64,000 bases of DNA from an uncultured Flavobacteriales bacterium (GCA_943842425.1 CALTBR010000002.1:408970-472969); one strand, 5' to 3'. Counted from the first letter of the stretch, positions 39,677 to 50,900 are shown. The notes: generated from the letters alone by a model not told the origin. A program made the numbers and translations.

Positions 39677-40467
39677 ACAGCAATTGGAGCTTTGATGTGA
39701 GATTGTGGCTCGTAGTTTACAAGCGTGAAATCTTCGTGAGTAAAGTCGAAGAGATTCTTAACATCTGGATTGATGAGCATTTTAGGTAGCTCACCAGGCG
39801 TTCTAGATATCTGTTCTCTAGCTTGTTCGACGTGATTTGAGTAGAGGTGAACGTCGCCAAATGTATGAACGAATTCACCTGGCTTAAGTCCACAAACTTG
39901 AGCCATCATCATTGTGAATAAAGAGTAAGAAGCAATATTAAAAGGAACGCCTAAAAAAGTATCTGCAGAACGTTGGTACAGTTGGCAATTTAACTTACCC
40001 TCACTTACATGGAATTGAAATAAGCAATGACATGGAGGGAGTGCCATTTCATCAATAAAGCTTGGATTCCAAGCGCTTACTACATGACGTCTTGAATACG
40101 GATTGTTGATGATGGAGTCGATGACCTTTGAGATCTGGTCTGTAGAAGAGCCATCCGGATTAGGCCATGAACGCCACTGATAACCATAAACTGGACCGAG
40201 ATCTCCATTCTCATCAGCCCAATCATCCCATATTCTAACTCCGTTATCCTTGAGGTATTTTATATTCGTGTCGCCTTGAATAAACCAAAGCAATTCATGT
40301 ATAATACTTCTAAGGTGGAGTTTTTTAGTTGTCGTTACTGGGAAACCTTTAGAAAGGTCAAATCGCATTTGGTATCCAAAACAACCAAGTGTTCCAGTGC
40401 CTGTTCTGTCATCGCGCACGACTCCGTTTTCTAATAAGTGGTCAAGTAAATCAAGGTATGCCTTCAT
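39673..40467 (-). CDS. thyA: Thymidylate synthase (ThyA type)
   Basis: 264 aa counted from MKAYLDLL. Has [26 protein letters not shown] (catalytic Cys), QLYQRSAD and [11 protein letters not shown]. Confidence 0.96.
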   Translation of the reverse strand: MKAYLDLLDHLLENGVVRDDRTGTGTLGCFGYQMRFDLSKGFPVTTTKKLHLRSIIHELLWFIQGDTNIKYLKDNGVRIWDDWADENGDLGPVYGYQWRSWPNPDGSSTDQISKVIDSIINNPYSRRHVVSAWNPSFIDEMALPPCHCLFQFHVSEGKLNCQLYQRSADTFLGVPFNIASYSLFTMMMAQVCGLKPGEFVHTFGDVHLYSNHVEQAREQISRTPGELPKMLINPDVKNLFDFTHEDFTLVNYEPQSHIKAPIAV

Positions 40468-40487
40468 AGAGCGAAGATAATAAACAA

Positions 40488-41246
40488 CTATTGCCAAATA
40501 CGCAGCTTCTCAACTATAGGACCAACTTCCCTTGCTCTGTAAATTATATTAATAACCAGCATATGCAAAAGGAGGGCGAAGTGAACTGGGACTAAATATA
40601 ATGGCCATCCAAGAGATGGGAATAAAAAAGGGTTTTTCACGTGTGGCGCTTCGGAAACAAACATATAGTTCGCTAAGACACCATCAGGGCTCTCGAAAAA
40701 ATTGATAAATCCATTTATAAATACCATGAGAGTTGAAATAACCGCAGCAAATAAATATGCTCTCAACCAGTCAAAAGAACTGAGTCGCATTCCATAGACT
40801 CGAATCATTACAATTGGAACAACAAAAAGCCCAGTGTGAACAAGAATATAATGAATCATCACAACCGGAGAATCACCAACAGTAAGTAGAGGGGTTAGTA
40901 ATGAATAAAAACCGCCAAGTATAGACATAAAGAAAGTATATACGAATAGCTTTCTATTTCTAATGAAGCAATTAAGTGCAAGCAGCCAGAAATTAAGTCC
41001 ACAAAAATGTAATGGGAGAGAGCGGTGAAAAGAAAAGGTTTGGTATGGATTTAAAACAGTATAAATGGGTAGAAATATCTGTATTGCAATAATCGCAAAC
41101 CCCAAGCGCTTCAAGTAATCATTTCTATTTTCTACACTAATATTATCGAAAGATTTAATGAAAACCAACCCCATAAAAAGTGCACATCCCATCATGATCC
41201 AATACCGCATCTCACTGGGCAGAATGGCTACATCGTAATTGTTCAT
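40488..41246 (-). CDS. Polytopic integral membrane protein, possibly of the YwaF/TIGR02206-like family
   Basis: 252 aa with 7-8 hydrophobic helices. The LPLHFCGL motif is reminiscent of TIGR02206. The family call is weak. Confidence 0.5.
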   Translation of the reverse strand: MNNYDVAILPSEMRYWIMMGCALFMGLVFIKSFDNISVENRNDYLKRLGFAIIAIQIFLPIYTVLNPYQTFSFHRSLPLHFCGLNFWLLALNCFIRNRKLFVYTFFMSILGGFYSLLTPLLTVGDSPVVMIHYILVHTGLFVVPIVMIRVYGMRLSSFDWLRAYLFAAVISTLMVFINGFINFFESPDGVLANYMFVSEAPHVKNPFLFPSLGWPLYLVPVHFALLLHMLVINIIYRAREVGPIVEKLRIWQ

Positions 41247-41278
41247 TATTGTAATTTAGACGATTTAATCAATAGTAG

Positions 41279-42331
41279 TTAAGGTGTTTCAGTAACAATC
41301 GTTTGAGTAGGAAAGGCAAAGTCTAGTTTTGCTTCATTGAATTTTTTCAAAATCTCCATATTAACTCCTCCTTGAGTATTGGCCCAGTGACCAGATTTAT
41401 TAATATAATAAGTACAGTTTACATTAAGACTGAAGTCCCCGAAAGAATGAAACCATACTGTAAATTCATCCTCAGTGTCAGTTCTATCAGATATAATTTT
41501 ATTTAATAGTTCTATTGCCTCCTGAATTCTTTCCGGGGAAGTATCATACGTAAGTCCCAATGCTATACTCACCTTGCGTGAAGGTTCTGCAGTAATGTTT
41601 TCTACGGGTGAACTGGTAAAGCTGTTGTTAGGGATTGTGACCATTCTGCCCTGAAGAGTTATGATTCGAGATGAGCGAATACCTATTTCTTTAACTGTTC
41701 CATCAATACCATTTACGATTATTCTATCACCTACTTTAAATGGTTTATCTACAAACACAGTAATTCCACCGAAAATATTAGCTACATAATCCTTCGCAGC
41801 CATAGCCAAAGCAAGACCACCTATTCCCACACCAGCAAGCATCGCCCCTACATCAAACCCAACATTATTCATTGCTGTGATGACACCTAATATCCAAACC
41901 CCAGATCTCAATGTTTTCCTTAATATCGGTCCAATTTGATTAATCATAGAGTCTTTCGATGCTGCACCAACGCTCAATATTACATTCGCTACAACCGCAT
42001 CGAGCAGCCTAGCCGCAAGCCATGTGAAGTCAAGAAGAACCACAACTTGAAAAATTGAATCTACGATATCACCTGAGCCTTCAAATTGCAAATGAGAGTA
42101 ACCTAAGTAAAAACCCAGTAACACAAATCCAAGAGCGATAGGCTCTTCTATTGAGTCAACGATAATATCGTCTAATTTACTATCTGTAGAAGCTGTAAAC
42201 TTTTTAAGAACTTTAGAGAAAAGTCTATACACTAAGCGTGCTACAACTACACTACCTATAATATATGCTAAGGCAATCAACCACTCCGTTATGGGATTCC
42301 CGAAATAAATTAATGAATCAAATCTTTCCAT
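41279..42331 (-). CDS. Mechanosensitive ion channel (MscS family)
   Basis: 350 aa with N-terminal TM helices. The MscS core is NIFGGITVFVDKPFKVGDRIIVNGIDGTVKEIGIRSSRIITLQGRMVTIPNN. Confidence 0.88.
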   Translation of the reverse strand: MERFDSLIYFGNPITEWLIALAYIIGSVVVARLVYRLFSKVLKKFTASTDSKLDDIIVDSIEEPIALGFVLLGFYLGYSHLQFEGSGDIVDSIFQVVVLLDFTWLAARLLDAVVANVILSVGAASKDSMINQIGPILRKTLRSGVWILGVITAMNNVGFDVGAMLAGVGIGGLALAMAAKDYVANIFGGITVFVDKPFKVGDRIIVNGIDGTVKEIGIRSSRIITLQGRMVTIPNNSFTSSPVENITAEPSRKVSIALGLTYDTSPERIQEAIELLNKIISDRTDTEDEFTVWFHSFGDFSLNVNCTYYINKSGHWANTQGGVNMEILKKFNEAKLDFAFPTQTIVTETP

Positions 42332-42357
42332 GCAGCTAAAGTCGGAAAACTAACTGA

Positions 42358-42365
42358 TATCTTTG
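42358..42365 (+). promoter_or_regulatory. Bacteroidota -7 promoter box immediately upstream of purK
   Basis: TATCTTTG ends 7 nt before the ATG at 42373, which implies a leaderless or near-leaderless mRNA. Confidence 0.4.
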
Positions 42366-42372
42366 CATAATA

Positions 42373-43530
42373 ATGAGAAATCTTCAAACAGGGCATTCTT
42401 TAAGGATTGGTGTTTTAGGTGGTGGTCAATTGGGCCTCATGATGATTCAAGCTGCAGGAGATCTAGATTTGAGGGTAGAAGTCATGGACCCTTCTGAAAA
42501 AGCACCATGTGCTAAATTCACGCATAGATTTATTACAGGGGATTTAAATGATGCTGAGGCTGTTTATCAATTTGGGAAAGAACTTGACATTGTGACGATT
42601 GAAATTGAACATGTAAGCGTTGAAGGACTTCGTAAATTAGAACAATCTGGAGTCAAAGTCATTCCTAAACCTGATCATATTGCACTGATTCAAGATAAAG
42701 GGCTTCAAAAACAATTTTTTGAAGATAAGAATATTCCTACATCAGATTTTATTCTCATTGAAGCTGATGGAAACATATCCTCTATAGGTCTTCCTATCGT
42801 ACAAAAACTAAGAACTGGAGGTTACGACGGACGTGGTGTCCAAATATTAAAAACTCCTGCAGACATTGTCGAAAAAGGTTTTTCCGAGGCTTGTGTATTA
42901 GAGAAAGCTGTTGATATTGACAAAGAACTTGGAGTTATTGTCGCTCGTAATTCATCAGGGCAAACATCTATTTTCCCTGTTGTTGAATCTGTGTTCGACC
43001 CCAAAGTAAATCTAGTTTCCTCATTAATAGCTCCAGCTAATATTGATGATAACACAGCTGATAAAGCCCAAGCACTCGCTTTGCAGGTTTTAGAGTCAAT
43101 GGATTTCGTTGGACTCATGGCAGTAGAGTTGTTTTTAGATTCTGATGGCGATTTGCTCGTCAATGAAGTAGCACCTCGGACACACAATAGCGGACATCAC
43201 ACCATTGAAGCAAACAAGACCTCTCAATTTGTGCAACACCTGAGGGCAGTCGTGGGGCTTCCACTTGGTGATGTAAGTCTTTTACACAATGCTGCAGGCA
43301 TGATTAATCTATTGGGGGCTGCTGATGCATATGGTACTCCAGTATATGAGGGGTTGTCCGAAGCTCAATCGATTCCTGGGGTTCACCCACACATTTATGG
43401 CAAATCAGAAGTGAAGCCTTACCGCAAGATGGGACATGTTACTGTGACTGGACAGGATCTTGATTTGGTACAAGAAAAACTATTGAAACTTCGTGAGTCT
43501 CTATGCGTAAGTGGTACAAAAGAAAAGTAA
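42373..43530 (+). CDS. purK: N5-carboxyaminoimidazole ribonucleotide synthase
   Basis: 385 aa with an ATP-grasp fold. Has IGVLGGGQLGLMM, GYDGRGV, NEVAPRTHNSGHHTIE and RKMGHVT. Confidence 0.93.
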   Translation: MRNLQTGHSLRIGVLGGGQLGLMMIQAAGDLDLRVEVMDPSEKAPCAKFTHRFITGDLNDAEAVYQFGKELDIVTIEIEHVSVEGLRKLEQSGVKVIPKPDHIALIQDKGLQKQFFEDKNIPTSDFILIEADGNISSIGLPIVQKLRTGGYDGRGVQILKTPADIVEKGFSEACVLEKAVDIDKELGVIVARNSSGQTSIFPVVESVFDPKVNLVSSLIAPANIDDNTADKAQALALQVLESMDFVGLMAVELFLDSDGDLLVNEVAPRTHNSGHHTIEANKTSQFVQHLRAVVGLPLGDVSLLHNAAGMINLLGAADAYGTPVYEGLSEAQSIPGVHPHIYGKSEVKPYRKMGHVTVTGQDLDLVQEKLLKLRESLCVSGTKEK

Positions 43531-43539
43531 ATTGTTCCT

Positions 43540-44544
43540 ATGAATAAACCCAATATCGCTGTTCTCGCTGGAGGTTATTCTGGTGAATATGACATCTCAA
43601 TTCAGAGTGCTGCTGAAATTTTAGAGCACATCGATACATCGAGGTTTTCTCCAATGATGGTAGTGCTTGAATCTGAAGAATCCTGGTGTGCAGTCCACTC
43701 CGATGGCAGGCGTTCAAATATTGACAAATCAAGCTTTACTTGGTTAAACTCCTCTGGCGATACACAAACATTTGATGTCGCTTTTATTATGGTTCATGGC
43801 ACTCCTGGTGAAGATGGATTGTTACAAAAGTATTTCGAAAACTTAAATATTCCATTCACTACAGGATCGTCAGATTCCGTCTCTACCACTTTTAATAAAT
43901 ATATCTCAAACAATAAATTGAGACAAGAAGGACTGTTCGTAGCGACATCCTATTTAATAGAAAAAGGAAATCTTTTAGATCAGGATGAATTGAATAATAT
44001 CTTACAGCTTATACCGCCACCTTGTTTTGTAAAACCAAATCACGGAGGATCTAGTCTTGGAGTCTCAAAGGTTTTAACAAAAGACGATATACTTCCCTCA
44101 ATTCATCATGCTTTTAAAACGGGGACTCCATCTGTTCTTATCGAATCTCTATTAACAGGTAAAGAGTTCTCTGTCGGAGTTGTCCCCGGAGATGACAGTA
44201 GTCCCATCGCAATGCCTGTTACAGAAATTATTTCGGAAAATGAATTTTTCGATTATGAAGCAAAATATGAAGGGGCTAGTCAAGAGATTACACCCGCTGA
44301 AATTTCAACTGAATTGGCTGATAAAATCCAGCTAAACGCCCTTCAAGCATATGAATCCCTTAACTGTAGAGGTATGGTTAGAGTCGATTTTATCGTCGTA
44401 GAGGAAAACCGCCCCGCGATTTTAGAAATCAATTCAGTCCCAGGGTTTACAAGAATGAGCTTGTTACCTCAGCAATTGGCACATGCAGGAATCAACGTTA
44501 AAGATCTACTATCGAGAATAATAGAATCGTCTATAGCTAACTAA
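43540..44544 (+). CDS. ddl: D-alanine--D-alanine ligase
   Basis: 334 aa. Has IAVLAGGYSGEYDISIQSA, HGTPGEDG, FVKPNHGGSSLGVSKV and LEINSVPGFT. Confidence 0.93.
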   Translation: MNKPNIAVLAGGYSGEYDISIQSAAEILEHIDTSRFSPMMVVLESEESWCAVHSDGRRSNIDKSSFTWLNSSGDTQTFDVAFIMVHGTPGEDGLLQKYFENLNIPFTTGSSDSVSTTFNKYISNNKLRQEGLFVATSYLIEKGNLLDQDELNNILQLIPPPCFVKPNHGGSSLGVSKVLTKDDILPSIHHAFKTGTPSVLIESLLTGKEFSVGVVPGDDSSPIAMPVTEIISENEFFDYEAKYEGASQEITPAEISTELADKIQLNALQAYESLNCRGMVRVDFIVVEENRPAILEINSVPGFTRMSLLPQQLAHAGINVKDLLSRIIESSIAN

Positions 44545-45104
44545 GATTTCACGCGAGAAGGATTGTCTTTTATAAATGCCTTCCAACCTCCCGAGCCTTT
44601 TTGCATCGTGGGGTTTGTCAGTTGGTAATGATGGCAAAGCGCAACGGCAATCCCATCTGAGGCATCTAGATTTTTTGGCATCTTTTCAGGAGGGATATTT
44701 AACAACCTTTGAACCATTCCCTGAACTTGTTCTTTTGATGCAGCACCAGAACCCGTTATCGATTTTTTTATCTTCCTGGGCGCGTATTCAGCTATATGTA
44801 AATCTCGACTTAAAGCTGCTGCAAATGCCACACCTTGAGCCCTTCCAAGTTTAAGCATGGATTGAACATTTTTTCCGAAGAAAGGTGCTTCAACTGCCAT
44901 TTCATCTGGCGAATGTGTTTCGATTAATTGCACACATTTGTCGAAAATTTTTTTTAATTTAAGTGCGTGGTCTTGATATTTAGATAAGTGTAAAGCACCC
45001 ATTTCAACCATCTCAACCTTCGATTTCCCCACAATGCGAATCACTCCAAAACCCATAATCGTAGTTCCGGGATCAATACCTAATATGATTCGCTCTGATT
45101 CCAT
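44541..45104 (-). CDS. ruvC: Crossover junction endodeoxyribonuclease RuvC
   Basis: 187 aa. Has ILGIDPGTTIMGFGV, AVEAPFFGKNVQSMLKLGRAQG and DASDGIAVALCH. Confidence 0.93.
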   Translation of the reverse strand: MESERIILGIDPGTTIMGFGVIRIVGKSKVEMVEMGALHLSKYQDHALKLKKIFDKCVQLIETHSPDEMAVEAPFFGKNVQSMLKLGRAQGVAFAAALSRDLHIAEYAPRKIKKSITGSGAASKEQVQGMVQRLLNIPPEKMPKNLDASDGIAVALCHHYQLTNPTMQKGSGGWKAFIKDNPSRVKS

Positions 45105-45116
45105 CTTATTATAAAT

Positions 45117-46214
45117 GTGAAAAATACAAACTGTTTATCATCTTCATCGTATTCTAGCAAAATGATTTTAATAACCTTCATCTTAATAATCCACGCCATT
45201 GTTGTTGGGGTGTGGAGTCGAGGTTTTAATCTGAATAACAAGGTCAGCAACAGTTCACTTGAGCCACTTACAGTAATCATTGCTTGTAAAAACGAGGAAC
45301 ACTCGCTCCCTGCCCTTCTCTCTTCCTTAAAAGACCAAACAACAAAGCCATTCGAAATAATTATTGTCGACGACCACAGTACTGATTTAACAAATAAAAT
45401 CGCTTCTGAATTTACAGTCATAAATAACTCCGGGGTTGGTAAAAAAGAAGCCATTCGAACAGGAATAAAACACTGCAAGACCAAATGGGCAATAACTACG
45501 GATGCGGATGTTAAAGTACCTTCAACCTGGATAAAGAGCATGTCATCTGCTGCTAGCTTCACGTCAGGATCAGCACTCATTGGCCCAGTAAAAATCACGT
45601 CACACACAAACTCTATTTTCAGTGGAGTTGAATGTCTTGACTATACTGCACTGATGGGTTGGGCAGCTTCAACTGCTATACATGGAAATGCCGCAATGGG
45701 AAGTGCCGCTAATTTTGCAATTAAAGTCAGTGACTACCCCAACGAAGACCAAATAAAATCTAAGATTGCATCCGGAGATGACGTCTTTGCGATACACAGT
45801 CTTGTGAGCTTAGGGAAAAAGGTATTTTGGGTTCATGACATGCAAGCATGTGTAGAAGCGGGAAGCGCAGGCAGTATAAAAAACTGGATCAAGCAAAGAG
45901 CACGTTGGGGAGCAAAAGCGATGCACTATACAAACCTGGAAGCTGTGAGAACTTCATATTGGATTGCCCTCATCGGGCTGACACAATTAACAACGCTCGG
46001 CTTTTTAATTGCAGATTTCAAATCCACAATTTTAGCCTTTAGTTTTTTATGGCTCGGACGAGCAGCAATTGATATCATCTTTACAAGAAAAGTCGCCGCA
46101 TGGTTTCAAATTTCCACTCCCACACTAAGCTGGCTCCTTCTCGCCATTACATATCCGTTCCAAATACCCGCAGTGTTCATATATTCTTTCTTTTTTAAGG
46201 CCAAATGGCGTTGA
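45117..46214 (+). CDS. Family-2 glycosyltransferase with C-terminal TM helices (processive-synthase-like)
   Basis: Has VIIACKNEE, IIIVDDHSTD, TDADV and KQRARWG (QxxRW-like). The start is uncertain, with an alternative at MILITF near 45162. Confidence 0.75.
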   Translation: MKNTNCLSSSSYSSKMILITFILIIHAIVVGVWSRGFNLNNKVSNSSLEPLTVIIACKNEEHSLPALLSSLKDQTTKPFEIIIVDDHSTDLTNKIASEFTVINNSGVGKKEAIRTGIKHCKTKWAITTDADVKVPSTWIKSMSSAASFTSGSALIGPVKITSHTNSIFSGVECLDYTALMGWAASTAIHGNAAMGSAANFAIKVSDYPNEDQIKSKIASGDDVFAIHSLVSLGKKVFWVHDMQACVEAGSAGSIKNWIKQRARWGAKAMHYTNLEAVRTSYWIALIGLTQLTTLGFLIADFKSTILAFSFLWLGRAAIDIIFTRKVAAWFQISTPTLSWLLLAITYPFQIPAVFIYSFFFKAKWR

Positions 46215-46232
46215 ATTTCCGAACTTCGAACA

Positions 46233-47093
46233 GTGAATATTTGGAGAGACCTCATATCAAACAAACTCGCTCTCATCGGGGGCATTTGGATTATGTTGTG
46301 GGTAAGCATTGCAATTGCTGGACCTATACTCCGTCCTGACCCTTCAGAAAATGCCAACAACCAACATCTAGATCTCAGCTTACTCCCTCCTGGAACAGAA
46401 GTTACTGTCGATGGAGAGTCTTTTACGTTTTTACTTGGTAGCGACAGGTACGGAAGAGACTTTTTAAGCCGACTTATGGCCGGAAGTGTTATTTCACTTT
46501 CTGTTGCCGGTATAGCTGTTGCAATCAGTTTGTTCATCGGGCTACTTCTCGGAGCATGGGCGGGATATAAAGGAGGTATTGTTGACGCAGTGGTGAGTTG
46601 GTTTTTACAGGTGGTTTGGTCTGTACCTACTTTATTAATGGTCTTGGCGATCACTCTGGCATTTGGGAAGGGGTTCTGGCAAGTATTTGTAGCTATAGGG
46701 CTCACCATGTGGGTGGAAGTCGCCAGAATAGTTCGAGGCCAATTTATCTCATTGCGTGAATTAGAATACGTCCAAGCGGCAAAAGCACTGGGCCTGTCCG
46801 ATTTTAAGATTATGTTCAAGCACATGCTACCTAACGCTATGGGTCCCATCATCGTCGTCGCTGCCGCAAATTTTGCTGCCGCCATCTTAATCGAAGCCGG
46901 ATTGAGTTTTCTCGGAGTTGGCGCCCGAATACCCGTCCCTTCTTGGGGCAACATCGTCAAAGAGCACTATCATTTACTCACCACAGACCTGGCTTGGCTT
47001 GCTGTATTGCCTGGAGCTTTAATTGCGAGCTTGGTCCTTGCTTTTACATGGCTTGGAGATGGATTCCGAAAAGCCTTTGATGTCGCAAAATAA
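46233..47093 (+). CDS. ABC transporter permease, DppC/OppC type, with no adjacent partner genes
   Basis: 286 aa with a GTG start. Has [19 protein letters not shown] and an EAA-like loop [27 protein letters not shown]. Confidence 0.85.
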   Translation: MNIWRDLISNKLALIGGIWIMLWVSIAIAGPILRPDPSENANNQHLDLSLLPPGTEVTVDGESFTFLLGSDRYGRDFLSRLMAGSVISLSVAGIAVAISLFIGLLLGAWAGYKGGIVDAVVSWFLQVVWSVPTLLMVLAITLAFGKGFWQVFVAIGLTMWVEVARIVRGQFISLRELEYVQAAKALGLSDFKIMFKHMLPNAMGPIIVVAAANFAAAILIEAGLSFLGVGARIPVPSWGNIVKEHYHLLTTDLAWLAVLPGALIASLVLAFTWLGDGFRKAFDVAK

Positions 47094-47122
47094 ACAATGT
47101 ATTTTTACAGAAAAACAACCAA

Positions 47123-48052
47123 ATGGATAAGTTGATATACGTAGCTGGACATCGAGGCATGGTGGGGTCCTCAATCGTTCGTCAACTTAAAGCAAGAGGT
47201 GAAAAAAACATTGTTGTCAGAACTTCAAATGAATTAGATCTTCGAGACAGAAGTGCCGTAAATACTTTCTTTGAAAATACAAAACCAGACTTGGTGTACC
47301 TAGCCGCTGCTAAAGTTGGAGGTATTTACGCCAACGACACCTATCCCGCTGAGTTCCTTTTCGACAATCTCGCCATCGTCAGCAATGTGATCGATGCAGC
47401 TCACAAACACAAAGTCGAGAAACTTCTTTTCCTTGGCAGTTCATGCATTTATCCCCGACTTGCCCCTCAACCTATCTCTGAAGGAGATTTATTAACCGGA
47501 TCGCTGGAACCTACAAATGAGCCCTATGCACTTGCTAAAATTGCCGGCTTGAAACTGTGCGATGCCTATAGAAAACAGTATGGGTGTAATTATATTTCCG
47601 CGATGCCAACGAATCTTTATGGCCCAGGGGACAACTACCATCCTGAGAACAGTCACGTATTGCCTGCATTTATTAGACGATTCTATGAAGCTGTGAAAAA
47701 TGACGTTAATCAGGTAGAGTGTTGGGGTTCTGGAAGTGCCAAGCGAGAGTTCTTGCACGTAGATGATTTATCTACGGCGCTTATTTTTCTGATGGACAAC
47801 TACAACTCAGAAGGATGGGTAAATGTGGGTACGGGAGTGGACTTAAGTATTAAAGAATTGGCTGAGACTATTGCGGAAATAGCTGGATACAAGGGTGATA
47901 TTGTATGGGACTCTAGCAAGCCTGATGGAGCGCCTAGAAAGCTGCTTAATGTTGATAAAATGAGTGGCTTAGGTTGGTCTTCTAAAATAACATTTACAGA
48001 TGGGTTAAAGAGCGTTTATGAAGAGTATGCAAAATCTAGAGCTGATGATTAG
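47123..48052 (+). CDS. fcl: GDP-L-fucose synthase
   Basis: 309 aa. Has [51 protein letters not shown] and REFLHVDD. Confidence 0.92.
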   Translation: MDKLIYVAGHRGMVGSSIVRQLKARGEKNIVVRTSNELDLRDRSAVNTFFENTKPDLVYLAAAKVGGIYANDTYPAEFLFDNLAIVSNVIDAAHKHKVEKLLFLGSSCIYPRLAPQPISEGDLLTGSLEPTNEPYALAKIAGLKLCDAYRKQYGCNYISAMPTNLYGPGDNYHPENSHVLPAFIRRFYEAVKNDVNQVECWGSGSAKREFLHVDDLSTALIFLMDNYNSEGWVNVGTGVDLSIKELAETIAEIAGYKGDIVWDSSKPDGAPRKLLNVDKMSGLGWSSKITFTDGLKSVYEEYAKSRADD

Positions 48053-49253
48053 ATTATTTTTAGTGGTGATGGCTTTGTGTATTTGCGTTTCTATACAAGC
48101 CCAAATCTCAACTACCTATTCCCTTCGTCATCATGCCATCACATTTAAATCAGACAGAGCTGAGATTGTTGTTGACCCCGCAATTACCTTTAAATACCTA
48201 AGCTCAGAGAGCTACTCTGGGGTTGACAATATCCGTGGCGCCACATTCACCGCAAAAGTTGATTCAAATTTTACAGCTGGGGGTGCCTTATTTGAAAGAC
48301 AATCTACATTAAGTCCCTTTCTTTCAGAGTTTGCCTTACAAACCTCCAGCATGCCTGGCTGGGGGAGGTTTAAGAGATTAGACTCATGGGAAGAAAATCC
48401 GAGAACAATAGATATCGCCAGGGCAATTGGCTTTTTGGCTTGGTCTAACAACCGCCTGTCTACGAAAATCGAAATTGGGGCTCAGAAATTTGGGTGGAGT
48501 AAATCACCCCTTATGCTCAGCCAGGAAGATGTTCCTTATCCCAGTGTGAAATTTGGATGGGTTAAATCTAATTATTTTGCTGATATTTCGATGAATCAAT
48601 GGGTGGGCAGTAAAAAAGATGGTGCCGTGGGAGGAGAGTATATTATCCGAAATATCAACAAAGCCATCATTTCTTCTGCCGGATTTTCTAATGAATATGT
48701 TGCAATCGCTTTTCTTTTTGGGCACACGTTAGAGCCAGCAATATCTGTCGTTTCATTGGCAGGACGATTTGTTAAAAACAGAGGGTTTATGAATTATGAA
48801 GCCGCCACTTCTTCAACATCAACTTCTGGGCCTTCATATCAAATCGGGGCTGGATACAATGGTGATCAATTTAGAACTGGACTGAATTTCATCCGTACTA
48901 AAGACGGACTTTATGGGGATGGTGAGGAGATGGTTTGGTCTAACGCTATGATACCTTTGGGAGTCATTACGGGAAATGATACTAAAATGTCATCCGTGTA
49001 TTTTACGTTTAAGAACTCCGATTCTGCGAAGTGGTACTTCAATTGTGAAGCAGGGCTTTTTTCAAACGATAATTACAACTTAAACGATGATTTCAGCAGG
49101 TTTACCAAGGGGTCGATCACGCGCGTCTTCTCCCAGGATTGGGATATGGGGCTCACACTTTCCGTTGAAGCATTCAAAGGGCACGATCCCATGTTGGGCA
49201 TAGGAGTGGTCCATGGAATTGTTCGTGGCTACGAAGAGTTACTCATACCATAA
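48045..49253 (+). CDS. Hypothetical outer-membrane protein, possibly a divergent Wzi-like barrel
   Basis: Has signal peptide [20 protein letters not shown], and its ATG overlaps the fcl stop region. It is beta-rich, and the [15 protein letters not shown] segment loosely parallels the next gene's HHWGPGIRSLYID. Confidence 0.45.
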   Translation: MIRLFLVVMALCICVSIQAQISTTYSLRHHAITFKSDRAEIVVDPAITFKYLSSESYSGVDNIRGATFTAKVDSNFTAGGALFERQSTLSPFLSEFALQTSSMPGWGRFKRLDSWEENPRTIDIARAIGFLAWSNNRLSTKIEIGAQKFGWSKSPLMLSQEDVPYPSVKFGWVKSNYFADISMNQWVGSKKDGAVGGEYIIRNINKAIISSAGFSNEYVAIAFLFGHTLEPAISVVSLAGRFVKNRGFMNYEAATSSTSTSGPSYQIGAGYNGDQFRTGLNFIRTKDGLYGDGEEMVWSNAMIPLGVITGNDTKMSSVYFTFKNSDSAKWYFNCEAGLFSNDNYNLNDDFSRFTKGSITRVFSQDWDMGLTLSVEAFKGHDPMLGIGVVHGIVRGYEELLIP

Positions 49254-49262
49254 ACGAGAAAC

Positions 49263-50861
49263 ATGACTATTTCTAAAATAAACGTATTGTTCTCGATTGT
49301 TGTAACCGCGCTGTCAACCACCTTCTTCTCAGCACAAACAATTCAATCTTCTACTTGGTTTACACCTCTCGAGGACGAAGCGATACGGGCTCGAGAAATC
49401 GCCGATTCACTCGGGGTTATGACTCCGAACAATCAACCATTGCCCGATTGGGCTGGCTATGTACACGGGAGTGGTAAAGATGGAGTTATGGGGATGGATT
49501 CAGAGTTGTTTAGCGGATTAAATGTCGATGGAGAATATCGCCTTATTCAAGGTGACAATCCAGGTAGTGCTACCACCATTGGATTGAGAGCGTTTGGAGA
49601 TCTGAGAGAACGCTTCCACTATGAGATCTCCGCAGAAAGATGGAAAATACCTGTTACCCAAAACCAATATGAGGAAGGAGTTATGTGGGGGTATTTTGAT
49701 GGAATTGGACGAGTAACAAGGGCAAATCCAGGCTCAAATTCTACGAGCGCACTGCAAGTAGATAGGCTGACGCTAAGACTCTCTGCTAAAATTTCTGAAT
49801 CTATTGAGCTTGCTGTTGGTCATGGGCAACATCATTGGGGACCTGGGATACGCTCGCTTTACATCGACAGATCAATGGCCCCTGCGAGCTACTTAAGATT
49901 ATATGGCGATGTTGGCGTACTTCATTATACACAATTGCTGGTAAGGACACTTCATCCTAGAGAATTAAATGACACCATCGATATCGGATGGATGGCATCA
50001 CATATGGTAGATGTTCATTTAGGTGCAGGGTTTACTGGATCTCTTTTTGGTGGTGTGAAGTGGCGAGATCAACAGGATGGTATAAATCACAGAATCGAGC
50101 CTGCTTATTTAATACCGTTGGTAGCATTCAGACCCACTGAATTCTCACTCGGTTCACCAGACAATGTAATGATGGGAGCACAATTGGTTTGGCGTGGAAA
50201 AGGAAGGTCGAGTGGGCATAAAAAAACATTTTACACACAGATTTTATTCGACGAATTTAAAATCGACAACCTGATGGAAGGGGGTTGGTGGGCGAATAAA
50301 TGGGGTGTCCTTTCAGGCGGATCCTTGGCATCGCGCAGTGGGAAATGGAGGGTTTCTTTTGAAGGCTCAGCCGTGAGACCATTCACATACTCCCACGGAA
50401 ATGCAATCCAAACATGGACACATGCACACAAACCCATAGGTCCTCCACTGGGGTCGAATTTTGTAGATCTGATACTCCGTGTACGGTGGAAGTTAATGGA
50501 AGACTATCTGGTAAGACTTTCTTTTGAGCGGGTTTACAGGGGGTTAGACTCTGAGAATAGCTTTTCAACAGGTTCTGATGTTTTTCGCAGTTACCAAGAA
50601 AGAAATCTCGAAAACGAGTTCGACAATGTGTTTTTTCAAGGAGTGGAGTCAGAGATGCAGAGGATTTCCATTGATATTGCGAGACCAGCAGGTGAGAAGT
50701 TTAACATCTCTGGAATAGAGCTGTTTGCAAGAGGTTCTATGAGGGTTGAATCACATTTTATGGACGTTGGTGAAGAAGCACCTGAAATTGAAGCATGGAG
50801 TGCTTTTAGAATCCAAGTTGGTATCAGAAGTTCACGCGTGTTAGAAGGCCGCGACTGGTGA
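49263..50861 (+). CDS. Capsule-assembly Wzi-like outer-membrane protein (tentative)
   Basis: 532 aa with a signal peptide. The segments GHGQHHWGPGIRSLYIDRSMAP and FTYSHGNAIQTWTHAHKPIGPPLGSN resemble Wzi-family motifs as I recall them. Confidence 0.45.
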   Translation: MTISKINVLFSIVVTALSTTFFSAQTIQSSTWFTPLEDEAIRAREIADSLGVMTPNNQPLPDWAGYVHGSGKDGVMGMDSELFSGLNVDGEYRLIQGDNPGSATTIGLRAFGDLRERFHYEISAERWKIPVTQNQYEEGVMWGYFDGIGRVTRANPGSNSTSALQVDRLTLRLSAKISESIELAVGHGQHHWGPGIRSLYIDRSMAPASYLRLYGDVGVLHYTQLLVRTLHPRELNDTIDIGWMASHMVDVHLGAGFTGSLFGGVKWRDQQDGINHRIEPAYLIPLVAFRPTEFSLGSPDNVMMGAQLVWRGKGRSSGHKKTFYTQILFDEFKIDNLMEGGWWANKWGVLSGGSLASRSGKWRVSFEGSAVRPFTYSHGNAIQTWTHAHKPIGPPLGSNFVDLILRVRWKLMEDYLVRLSFERVYRGLDSENSFSTGSDVFRSYQERNLENEFDNVFFQGVESEMQRISIDIARPAGEKFNISGIELFARGSMRVESHFMDVGEEAPEIEAWSAFRIQVGIRSSRVLEGRDW

Positions 50862-50870
50862 TTCCTGATG

Positions 50871-50878
50871 TAGTTTTG
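50871..50878 (+). promoter_or_regulatory. Bacteroidota -7 promoter box upstream of the ctaB/cox cluster
   Basis: TAGTTTTG lies 22 nt upstream of the ATG at 50901. Confidence 0.45.
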
Positions 50879-50900
50879 CGCTTCGAAGTAAGTATGTAAA

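Noticed and set aside
44541-44544. Interlocked stop codons of the convergent ddl and ruvC genes (cTAAct / TAG on the minus strand)
   Set aside because: This is simple genome compaction with no hairpin or other structure. I noted it only as a curiosity.
45080-45607. A 175-aa minus-strand ORF overlapping the ruvC start and the GT2 gene
   Set aside because: It is antisense to the GT2 gene, which has DxD and QxxRW-like motifs, and it overlaps the ruvC N-terminus. No family signal was seen.
46106-46960. A 284-aa minus-strand ORF covering almost the whole ABC permease gene
   Set aside because: It is antisense to a permease with clear DppC/OppC motifs. Its translation is low-complexity (rich in A/P/S/T), has no recognisable motif, and has no promoter-like box. 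This is the typical shadow ORF.
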